From: an uncultured Acidobacteriaceae bacterium
Lineage (GTDB): Bacteria; Acidobacteriota; Terriglobia; Terriglobales; Acidobacteriaceae
Assembly: GCA_963818235.1 (NCBI GenBank)
Contig: CAWFRI010000003.1
Location: 295,831 to 359,830, forward strand
Direction of reading: 5' to 3'
DNA length: 64,000 nucleotides
Position 1 is the stretch's first letter, and every line of letters starts with the position of its first letter. A program made the translations under genes and the position numbers. Below the pieces are notes generated by a model. It made no database searches. It was not told where the DNA came from and worked only from the letters and a program-made list of their open reading frames with translations. Positions 27,751 to 35,916 of the stretch are shown piece by piece.

Positions 27751-28920
27751 ATGCGCATGGACCGCCCGGGCCGCCGTTTTGTTTGGCAAGTTCTTGCTAC
27801 CTGCCTTCTCGTATCCTTCGCCACGCGCGCCCAGAGCCCGCAAACCCTGGCGGACCAATTCAGCACCGCCGAACGCCTCAAGAAGCCCGGTTGGTGGCCT
27901 ACCAAGGGCATTGCGGCCAGAGACGAATATGTTGGATCAGCCGCTTGCGCCCGCTGCCATTCCGACATTGCAGGTACCCAAAAAACCACTCCCATGGCAC
28001 GCACTGCGCTCCTTCCGCTCGACTCCGAGTTTCTGCGCGCATACGACAAAGCGGATTTGTCACAGTCACCCTACACCTACCAACTGACACGCACCGCGGA
28101 AGGAGAACTTTACACAACCACTGACGGCCAACAGACCATCACAGAGCCTTTAACCTGGGCCTTTGGCACGGGCACGCACGGGCAGAGTTATCTTTTTCAG
28201 CACCAGGGCTCTCTCTATGAGACTCGTCTCACCTATTACGAGTCATCGCACACCTTCGGACTTACTCCAAATCACCCGCTGACGCCTGCCGAATCCCTGG
28301 AGAAATCTATTGGCCGCAGAATCTCCGACGCGGAAGCGCAAAAATGTTTCGGCTGCCACACGACCGCCTCAACCGTGAACGGAGAGTTCCAGCCGAGCAA
28401 GTCCACGCCCGGCGTCACGTGCGAGGTGTGTCACGGCCCCGGTGGCGCCCATGCCGCTGCGGAAAAAAATGGTTTCAGAGATGAGGGTGCGGCATTGGTA
28501 ATCAACCCCGCGAGACTATCTCCCGCCGACTCAGTCGACTTCTGCGGTGCATGTCATCGCACCTGGTGGGATGTCACGCAGGACGGCTTCAAGGGAATTC
28601 AAACTTTGCGCTTTCCCGCGTATCGTCTGGAGAAAAGCCGCTGTTGGGGCAAGGGAGATGCCCGCATAACCTGCACGGTTTGCCACGATCCTCATCAATT
28701 GTTAGTGAAGGAGCCTGCTTCCTACGATCAGAAATGTTTAAGCTGTCACCAGATTTCTGGAGCGCCGCCGAAGGCCGATCATCCCGGCGCGGCTTGCATC
28801 GTGAGCACGAAAGATTGTGTGACCTGCCACATGCCCAAGTACGAAACGCCGGAGATGCATACTCAGTTTACGGATCACATGATCCGCATCGTCAAGAAAG
28901 GCGGTGCCATACCAGACTGA
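27751..28920 (+). CDS. secreted multihaem (7 x CXXCH) c-type cytochrome
   Basis: Signal peptide. Seven haem-binding motifs: CARCH, CFGCH, CEVCH, CGACH, CTVCH, CLSCH, CVTCH. Confidence 0.85.
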   Translation: MRMDRPGRRFVWQVLATCLLVSFATRAQSPQTLADQFSTAERLKKPGWWPTKGIAARDEYVGSAACARCHSDIAGTQKTTPMARTALLPLDSEFLRAYDKADLSQSPYTYQLTRTAEGELYTTTDGQQTITEPLTWAFGTGTHGQSYLFQHQGSLYETRLTYYESSHTFGLTPNHPLTPAESLEKSIGRRISDAEAQKCFGCHTTASTVNGEFQPSKSTPGVTCEVCHGPGGAHAAAEKNGFRDEGAALVINPARLSPADSVDFCGACHRTWWDVTQDGFKGIQTLRFPAYRLEKSRCWGKGDARITCTVCHDPHQLLVKEPASYDQKCLSCHQISGAPPKADHPGAACIVSTKDCVTCHMPKYETPEMHTQFTDHMIRIVKKGGAIPD

Positions 28921-28949
28921 AGCGAGGAACTTAACTGAAGCGAAGCATT

Positions 28950-30662
28950 TTACTTGTCTACCTCGAACGGTAGCTTCTGCTGAACCCCGGCGCCTTCTAC
29001 AATCGTGTAGATGAAATCCGCTGCCAGGTCTTTGAATGTTTCTTTCTTTCCGCTCGGCCAGGAAACCTCCACCGTGTTCATGGTGGTTTCTTTTCCCAAC
29101 CCGAAGTGCAGCCGAAGATCGTTCTGCGATAAATAACTCGTCCCGCTCCGGACTTCTGTAAACTGCATAACTCCCCCGGCAGTGACCGAAACCCTCGCCC
29201 CAATTGCCGCTTTGTTGCTCGTCGTGCCGACCAACTTAAACAGCACAGCGTGATTCGTCGTCTGCGTCCGGTTCAAAAGCAAAGTCGGAGGCTGCCCAAC
29301 GTTCAAGATTAAAATGTCTACTTTGCCGTCATTGTTAATGTCTCCAAATGCGGCGCCCCGCCGCGACTCCGGCGGCAGCTTATCGAGCCCAGCCAGCGCA
29401 GTGATGTCTTCAAACGTTCGATCGTGATTGTTGCGATACAGAACCACCGGCTGCTTGTATCCCGCGCCGCCCTTCACATAATCCATCTGTGGATAAACGT
29501 GGCCATTGACTTCAAAAATATCCAGCCATCCGTCATTGACGAAATCCACAAAACCTGTGCCCCATCCCACCAGCGGCGTTGTCGCCTTGGCAATGCCGGC
29601 CTTCCATCCAATATCCGTGAACCCTTGCTCCCCTTGATTCCAGTAAAGCGCGTCCGGCTCGTTCACAAAATTAGTGACAAAAATATCCAGCCGTCCATCA
29701 TGGTCAAAGTCTCCAAAATCCACGCCCATCGACCCTTGCTCTTTCCCATCGAGACTAAGCGCCGTCCCCGACAACAGCCCCACGTCCTCAAAAGTTCCGT
29801 CATGTTTGTTGTGGTAGAGATAGTTGGGCTTGCCATCGTTCGGCACATAAAGATCGGGCCATCCGTCGTTGTCATAATCCGCCCACACCGCCTGCATCCC
29901 GTAGTAGTGGCCGGGATCGTCCACTCCGGCCTTTTTCGAAACATCTTCAAAAGTTCCGTCGCCGCGATTGCGAAACAAGAAATCAGACTCACCCGGCAGC
30001 CCCGCGGGCCCGCACTGCACCATCACTCCCCGGTACCGGCAGAACTTGTCGTCACTGCCGAACTCCGGTAGCTTATCCATGTCGATGTGTACATAACGCG
30101 GCACAAAGAGGTCGACAAAGCCGTCGCGATCGTAATCAGCCCAGGCCGCACCGGTGCTGAACCCCCCCACGCGCAAGCCAGCTTTATCGGTTACATCCTC
30201 GAACTTACAGTTCCCCAGATTCCGATAAAGAACGTTCCCGCCAAATCCCGTGACGTAAATATCCTGCCATCCGTCATTATCGAAATCCATCACAGACACG
30301 CCCATGCCCCAGCCTTTTCGCGTGAGCCCAGCCGCCTGCGTGATGTCACTAAATTTGAGATTGGCGTCCTGATGGTAGAGCGTGATCAGCGGATCTCCGC
30401 CCTTACGGTATCGATCCACCGAGGATCCGTTGACCGTAATAATGTCCAGCTTGCCGTCGTTGTCGCAGTCGATAAACCCCACGCCTCCGCTCATCGATTC
30501 GACGATGTAACGCTTCTCCGGCGTGGAGTTGTGCGGAACGGTAAGACCGGCTCGTTTACTAATGTCTTCAAATTGCGGGACAGGTTTCGCCGCAGGAGGG
30601 GCTTGCGCCAGAAGGGCAACGGGCAGAAACATCCCGAAAATGATGCGCAACCGATTGCCCAT
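28950..30662 (-). CDS. FG-GAP repeat / ASPIC-UnbV (CRTAC1-like) secreted protein, paralogue 2
   Basis: Same architecture as paralogue 1 and collinear with it along the whole length. Start set at the ATG at 30662 (MGNRLRIIFGMFLPVALLAQA, AGGGG 7 nt upstream); the ORF extends to 30716. Confidence 0.9.
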   Translation of the reverse strand: MGNRLRIIFGMFLPVALLAQAPPAAKPVPQFEDISKRAGLTVPHNSTPEKRYIVESMSGGVGFIDCDNDGKLDIITVNGSSVDRYRKGGDPLITLYHQDANLKFSDITQAAGLTRKGWGMGVSVMDFDNDGWQDIYVTGFGGNVLYRNLGNCKFEDVTDKAGLRVGGFSTGAAWADYDRDGFVDLFVPRYVHIDMDKLPEFGSDDKFCRYRGVMVQCGPAGLPGESDFLFRNRGDGTFEDVSKKAGVDDPGHYYGMQAVWADYDNDGWPDLYVPNDGKPNYLYHNKHDGTFEDVGLLSGTALSLDGKEQGSMGVDFGDFDHDGRLDIFVTNFVNEPDALYWNQGEQGFTDIGWKAGIAKATTPLVGWGTGFVDFVNDGWLDIFEVNGHVYPQMDYVKGGAGYKQPVVLYRNNHDRTFEDITALAGLDKLPPESRRGAAFGDINNDGKVDILILNVGQPPTLLLNRTQTTNHAVLFKLVGTTSNKAAIGARVSVTAGGVMQFTEVRSGTSYLSQNDLRLHFGLGKETTMNTVEVSWPSGKKETFKDLAADFIYTIVEGAGVQQKLPFEVDK

Positions 30663-30746
30663 GAGAACCCCTGAATTTAGCATGATCAAACGACGGCGCT
30701 TGCGCGGGTTTGCCACTCGGAACTTGACCCGAATTTAATGGGATCT

Positions 30747-32585
30747 TCAGTGGTGCGCTGATTCTGGAACCGTGATCGGTACACCTACGCTGCCAAGCTT
30801 GTGGCTGGTCAGGTCCAACACGCCAAGCCGCAATGTATAAGTCCCGGGTTTCAATTCCAGTTCCTGATGGAAAGGTAAGTAACTCTGCAAGACTTGCTGG
30901 TAAGCGTCAAGCGGAAAATTCGTCTCCTTCGTTTCTACCACCTGTCCCGCCAGCTTCAAGTCCTTATCCCACGCAGCCGCCGCAAAACCGATCGACCCCT
31001 GTTTGCGCTGGTCCACCGAGTCGCTGAAGCTGATATCGTGTGCGTCCACGGCGTAGTCGATGCGAACAGCCTTGTGATCGGCATCTGGAGGCAGCACCTG
31101 TACCTTTAGCACCAGTCCCGTAGACTCCGGCACTGAGGGTTGCAAAGCGGCCGCCATTTCGACCTTGGCTCGGTCCGCTTTCATTACGCGCTCCTTCAGC
31201 GCGTAGTAGCCGCGCCGGTAGGTCAACTCCACGCTTGGGACCGCCGTCTTTACCTCAATCTTGCGATATTTGCCTTTCCAATCATGATTGGTTGGAGCGT
31301 AGGCAAGGGTGTAGTAACTCGACCCCTGCTGCACACTTCGTGACATGGCGTCGTTAAGGTCATTCGTGCCGTAAAAGGCGCGCCCGCCAGTCTCCCGTGC
31401 AATATCCGTCATCGCCTCATGCGTATCCCATAGAACGGTAGTCTGCCGCAAGCTGGTGGTGGCGGCCTCATTCTGCATATCGACCGTTCCTAAATAGGCA
31501 GTCTGCGTGCTGATATCGATCCCCGTTCCCACACTCACTTGACCGCGAACATCAATGGGGTAAATCGCCAGCCGAACGGCCGCCAGCAAGGCGGCGGTCT
31601 GTTGCAGTGGCGGTGTATCGTTCTCCAGATCGCGAAGCTGATCGTTCGTATGCGTGGTCCCCGTTTGCATATTGATCACGGGGTTGTAAGGCGTTAAGCC
31701 GGGTCCAAACACGACCGGGAACTCTGCCGAGAGCCATATCAGATTTTTTCGCCCGGGATAACCTGCAACAGCATGAGCCAGGGTATCGAGAGCATTCAGA
31801 GTCATGTTCATGCGCTCGAGTTTCTGAAACGAATCCTGCGCCGATACTGCATCGCGGAGAGCTTGGCCGACTGGTGCCATCGGCATCGTGCTGAGCGAGG
31901 CATTCGGGCCCTTGGACGACGGGCTGGCAGTATTTTCGATAGCGGTCGCCAGGTTCTCGTCGTTCTGCAGCTGCGATTCAGGACTCAGGAGCAGAGACTC
32001 ATGCCCTTGTAGCGCTTTGGCCGCCTTCACTAGCGTGTCCGAATCGCCCGAAAATCCCTGAATCATACGTAGTTTCGAAGTGAGCGCGAACAGTGCGATG
32101 GGCTGTCCCGGAGGCAATTTTTCCAGAAACTTAATCATCTGCTTGCGCGCATACGATTGGTCCATCCCCGTTGTGTTCAGCATATCCATCAGAACCACGG
32201 TGACCGGCCGGTCCGCTACTGGTTTGACGTATGTGAAATTCGAGTATTGATGCGGCGGCAGATTCAAAGGCGGATATGACTTCGGAGCCGGCGGCGGTAT
32301 CTGAACTCCAAACGCGGAAATCTTCTGCGGCTTATTGTCTTCGAGAACCGTGAAGTCGCTGGCCTTCAGCCCCGGAACGAACTTTCCGGAGTGGTCGGTC
32401 ACAATCACGTCCAGCAACACTAGTCGTGAAGTCGCGTGGATTACGGGAATGGGAGCCGATTGATCGGCGGGAGCGCTTTGGGCCGGCGCGGCAGGCTTGG
32501 AATCTTGCCCGCTGGTTAGAATCGAATAACTCAGCCCGGCGCAGGCGAGTGCAGAAAGTACAAAAATCCCGATTCGCTTATTCAT
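30747..32585 (-). CDS. VWA domain protein of the acidobacterial VWFA-related family (TIGR03436-type)
   Basis: Start at the ATG at 32585 (MNKRIGIFVLSALACAG signal, GAGGGGA RBS); the ORF-track extension to 32867 is rejected. ...RLVLLDVIVTDHSGKFVPGLKASDFTVLEDNKPQKISAF... is the family's typical N-terminal signature, followed by a VWA-like fold. Confidence 0.85.
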   Translation of the reverse strand: MNKRIGIFVLSALACAGLSYSILTSGQDSKPAAPAQSAPADQSAPIPVIHATSRLVLLDVIVTDHSGKFVPGLKASDFTVLEDNKPQKISAFGVQIPPPAPKSYPPLNLPPHQYSNFTYVKPVADRPVTVVLMDMLNTTGMDQSYARKQMIKFLEKLPPGQPIALFALTSKLRMIQGFSGDSDTLVKAAKALQGHESLLLSPESQLQNDENLATAIENTASPSSKGPNASLSTMPMAPVGQALRDAVSAQDSFQKLERMNMTLNALDTLAHAVAGYPGRKNLIWLSAEFPVVFGPGLTPYNPVINMQTGTTHTNDQLRDLENDTPPLQQTAALLAAVRLAIYPIDVRGQVSVGTGIDISTQTAYLGTVDMQNEAATTSLRQTTVLWDTHEAMTDIARETGGRAFYGTNDLNDAMSRSVQQGSSYYTLAYAPTNHDWKGKYRKIEVKTAVPSVELTYRRGYYALKERVMKADRAKVEMAAALQPSVPESTGLVLKVQVLPPDADHKAVRIDYAVDAHDISFSDSVDQRKQGSIGFAAAAWDKDLKLAGQVVETKETNFPLDAYQQVLQSYLPFHQELELKPGTYTLRLGVLDLTSHKLGSVGVPITVPESAHH

Positions 32586-32625
32586 TTTCCCCTCGGGCAA
32601 CTTATACCGTCCAGGCGGACCGAGA

Positions 32626-34452
32626 TTACTGGCGAGCGATCTTTCCGCCGTTGATTGTAGCACCACTTTCCGCCGCTTGCGGAGGCCCACTAGCGGCCTC
32701 CGGAGCCGGAAGCGGAACCTTGCCTTTGATCCCTTGCCCCTCCACAATCGTATAAATAAAGTCCGCCGCCACGTTCTTGAAAACCTCGCTCTGCCCGCTC
32801 GGCCAGCGCACCGTGACCTCATCCATATTGTTGTTACTGCCCAACCCAAAATGCTGGCGGAGATCATTTTGCGATAAGTAACTGCTTCCGCCCTTTACTT
32901 CGCCGAACTGCGTAACCGTCCCGGTCCGCACGGTAACCCGAGCGCCAATCGCCAGCCGGTTGCTCTTGGTCCCCAACAGCTTGAACAGCACGCGATGATT
33001 ACTATTCTGGCAATGATTCATCAGCAGCGATGGCGGCTGCCCCCAGTTCAACGTAACGATATCGACACACCCGTCATTGTTGATATCCCCAAATGCCGCC
33101 CCCCGCCTCGATTGTAACGGACCGCTGTTGAGCCCCACCGCCGCCGCAACCTCATCAAACGTTCCATCGTGATTATTTCGGAACAGCAAAATCGGCTGGC
33201 GAAAATGCGCTGCATCGGGAATCGTATCCACCTGCGGATAAACATGCCCGTTCGCGACAAAGATATCCAGCCAGCCACTGTTGTCCATATCAAAGAATCC
33301 CGTTCCCCAACCCACATACGGATGGCTCGGCTGCGCGACGTGCGAATTCCAACTTACATCCTCGAAACCATCCTTGCCTTTATTGTGATAAAGACTGTCG
33401 GACTGATCCACGAACTCGGTCACAATGATATCCAGCCGCCCGTCATGGTCGTAATCGCCCATGTCCACGCCCATTGAACCCAGCTCCTGACCATCTCCGC
33501 TCAAGTCAGCGCCCAGCATCAAACCGACTTCCTCAAACGTCCCGTTATGCTTGTTGTGGTACAGATAATTCGGCCCCGCGTCATCTGCTACATATAAATC
33601 CGGCCAGCCGTCGTTATCGTAGTCGGCCCACTCCACGCCCATTCCGTAATAGTGGTTGGCATTATCCACTCCGGCTTTCTTCGAAACCTCTTCGAAAGTG
33701 CCGTCGCCGCGATTATGAAACAACAGATCTGTTTCCCCCTGCAATCCCCAAGGCCCGCACTGCACCAGCACTCCTCGAAACCGGCAGAATTTTTCGTTGC
33801 TGCCCAACTCCGGCAGCCGATTCATATCCACATGAACATAGCGCGACACAAACAGATCCACATTGCCGTCGCGGTCATAATCTCCCCACGCCGCTCCGAG
33901 GCTCAACTCTCCGCCGCCCACACCCGCCTTGTCGGTCACGTCTTCAAACTTGCAATTCCCGAGATTGTGGTAAAGAACATTCCCCCCATATCCCGTAACG
34001 TAAATATCGGGAAGCCCATCATTGTCGTAGTCAGCCACGGCTACGCCCATGCCCCAGCCTTTGCGCGTCAATCCTGCCTGTTTGGTGATGTCGGTAAACT
34101 TAAGGCCCGCATCCTGATGGTAGAGCGTGACCAGTAGATCCCCGCCCTCCTGGCGGTAGCGATCGACATTCGAGCCATTCACGGTGATGATGTCCAGCTT
34201 GCCATCGTTATCGCAATCGATCAGTCCAACTCCGCCGCTCACCGATTCAATAATGTACTTCGCCGCTGGCGAAGAGACATGCGAGACGGTCAACCCGGCT
34301 TGTTGCCCAATGTCTTCGAAATGGGGAAGCGGCCCAGTGGATGGGCTCTGCTTGCGGCCAGGGTCTGTGCCTGGGGGGGAGGGCGTGCTCTGAGCAAACG
34401 CCGCCGCGCATAAAAGTCCCCAGATAAGAAATAAACGCATTGCACGAAGCAT
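32626..34452 (-). CDS. FG-GAP repeat / ASPIC-UnbV (CRTAC1-like) secreted protein, paralogue 3
   Basis: Same architecture as paralogues 1 and 2. Start ambiguous among 34482, 34452 (MLRAMRLFLIWGLL...) and 34440. The stop lies 40 nt upstream of the VWA gene start. Confidence 0.9.
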   Translation of the reverse strand: MLRAMRLFLIWGLLCAAAFAQSTPSPPGTDPGRKQSPSTGPLPHFEDIGQQAGLTVSHVSSPAAKYIIESVSGGVGLIDCDNDGKLDIITVNGSNVDRYRQEGGDLLVTLYHQDAGLKFTDITKQAGLTRKGWGMGVAVADYDNDGLPDIYVTGYGGNVLYHNLGNCKFEDVTDKAGVGGGELSLGAAWGDYDRDGNVDLFVSRYVHVDMNRLPELGSNEKFCRFRGVLVQCGPWGLQGETDLLFHNRGDGTFEEVSKKAGVDNANHYYGMGVEWADYDNDGWPDLYVADDAGPNYLYHNKHNGTFEEVGLMLGADLSGDGQELGSMGVDMGDYDHDGRLDIIVTEFVDQSDSLYHNKGKDGFEDVSWNSHVAQPSHPYVGWGTGFFDMDNSGWLDIFVANGHVYPQVDTIPDAAHFRQPILLFRNNHDGTFDEVAAAVGLNSGPLQSRRGAAFGDINNDGCVDIVTLNWGQPPSLLMNHCQNSNHRVLFKLLGTKSNRLAIGARVTVRTGTVTQFGEVKGGSSYLSQNDLRQHFGLGSNNNMDEVTVRWPSGQSEVFKNVAADFIYTIVEGQGIKGKVPLPAPEAASGPPQAAESGATINGGKIARQ

Positions 34453-34548
34453 ATCCCAATTGGCCGAAAAAATTCCGTTCACGCGTCCTTTGTCGCGTCC
34501 TTTTTATCCCGCTATGATGGCCTGCACTCAGTTTTCTGAAAGGCCGTT

Positions 34549-35838
34549 ATGCAAGCCCCACATTCCCCTCGCAATCGATTCGCAGTCCCGGCAATCCTCC
34601 GCATGGTCCTTCTCATCCCCTCGATTTGTCTCTTGCTGACAGGGATCAGCTCCGCGCAAACCTGGTCTCTTTCTTGGAGCGACGAATTCAACGGTGCGGC
34701 CAACAGCCCAATCAATAGCGGCAACTGGCAGTACGACACCGGAATTCTGAACGTCAACAATGAAGTTGAGTATTATTGCGCTCCCGGCAGCAACACGCCG
34801 CCCTGCGTTTCTCGCACACCAAACGCCTACATCGACGGCCACGGACACCTCGTCATTCAGGCCATCAAGATAAATTCCAACGTCGCCCCGTATAGCGCAA
34901 GTTGGACGTCTGCCCGCCTGAACACGGGCAACAATCTGCAAACTTTTCAGTACGGTCGTCTGGAGTCCAGCATGTCCCTACCCGTCGGAGCAGGCCTCTG
35001 GCCTGCCTTCTGGGCGCTGGGCAATAACATCGGCAGTGTTGGCTGGCCTGCCTCTGGCGAGATCGACTTCATGGAAAACGTTCCATCCTCCGGCGGCCTC
35101 GGCCCAAATACCATCCGCTCAACAATTCACGGCGGAAACTCATCCTCCAATTGTTATTGCGGTGCCAACGGACTTGGCCAGTCCTACAATTTTCCCACCA
35201 ACGATCAAAACGGTCCTGATGTAACTACCTTTCACACCTATGGCGCGATCTGGTCTGCCAACATGGTCCAGTTCTACGTCGACGACCCCAGTAACATTTT
35301 TCTCGTTCGCACCACCAGCGACGTCCCCTCGGGCTTTACCTGGGACTTCAATCATCCGTTTTTCCTGTTGCTGAATCTCGCCGTGGGCGGCACCGGGAGT
35401 TGGCCGGGAGTGCCAGACAACGGCACACCAAATCCCGCAGTAATGAAGGCGGACTATGTGCGCTGGTATAAACCGTCCCCGGTTCCCGCGCCGACCATGA
35501 CCGCCGCTCCGATAAGCTTAAGAGCTGGAACCAGCGGCAGCGCAACCGTCAACCTGAACTCTACCAGCGGCACTGGACGCGTCTATCTTTCGTGCACAAC
35601 GACTGCTACCAAGGCCACCTGCTCGACTCATTCAGGTGATGCGCTGAATTCATCCACCGTGGATTTCAGCCAACAGGCTCGCAACACTGCGACGGTAACG
35701 GTCACAACTGTGGCCGATGCTGGAATCGGAAATAACCCAGCCGCCGCAAATTTTGCTGTTACCGTCAAAGCTTACACAGTGAGCAACACCAACGGTAAGC
35801 CCGATTCTGAGTTGAGTGTCCCCGTGCTCGTGAAATGA
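34549..35838 (+). CDS. GH16 family beta-glucanase (laminarinase-like) with C-terminal Ig-like region
   Basis: ...WSDEFNG... and the catalytic ExDxxE motif (SGEIDFMEN). ...WPAFWALG... also present. Signal peptide. Confidence 0.9.
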   Translation: MQAPHSPRNRFAVPAILRMVLLIPSICLLLTGISSAQTWSLSWSDEFNGAANSPINSGNWQYDTGILNVNNEVEYYCAPGSNTPPCVSRTPNAYIDGHGHLVIQAIKINSNVAPYSASWTSARLNTGNNLQTFQYGRLESSMSLPVGAGLWPAFWALGNNIGSVGWPASGEIDFMENVPSSGGLGPNTIRSTIHGGNSSSNCYCGANGLGQSYNFPTNDQNGPDVTTFHTYGAIWSANMVQFYVDDPSNIFLVRTTSDVPSGFTWDFNHPFFLLLNLAVGGTGSWPGVPDNGTPNPAVMKADYVRWYKPSPVPAPTMTAAPISLRAGTSGSATVNLNSTSGTGRVYLSCTTTATKATCSTHSGDALNSSTVDFSQQARNTATVTVTTVADAGIGNNPAAANFAVTVKAYTVSNTNGKPDSELSVPVLVK

Positions 35839-35916
35839 TTTATTTCAAAAATTTTTGCGCCGCAAACGGATCCCAACGAATATCTAAATGCTCTCCCCGC
35901 AAGCGACACACGCCCT

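Noticed and set aside
30747-32867. Long form (706 aa) of the VWA gene overlapping the 3' end of ASPIC paralogue 3
   Set aside because: The first 94 residues are Arg-rich and overlap the upstream gene. The ATG at 32585 has a GAGGGGA RBS and starts a proper signal peptide.
34482-34503. Direct repeat CGCGTCCTTT (x2, 12-nt period) upstream of ASPIC paralogue 3
   Set aside because: Short and GC-rich, easily arising by chance. No matching copies were seen upstream of the other paralogues, so it is not reported as a regulatory site.
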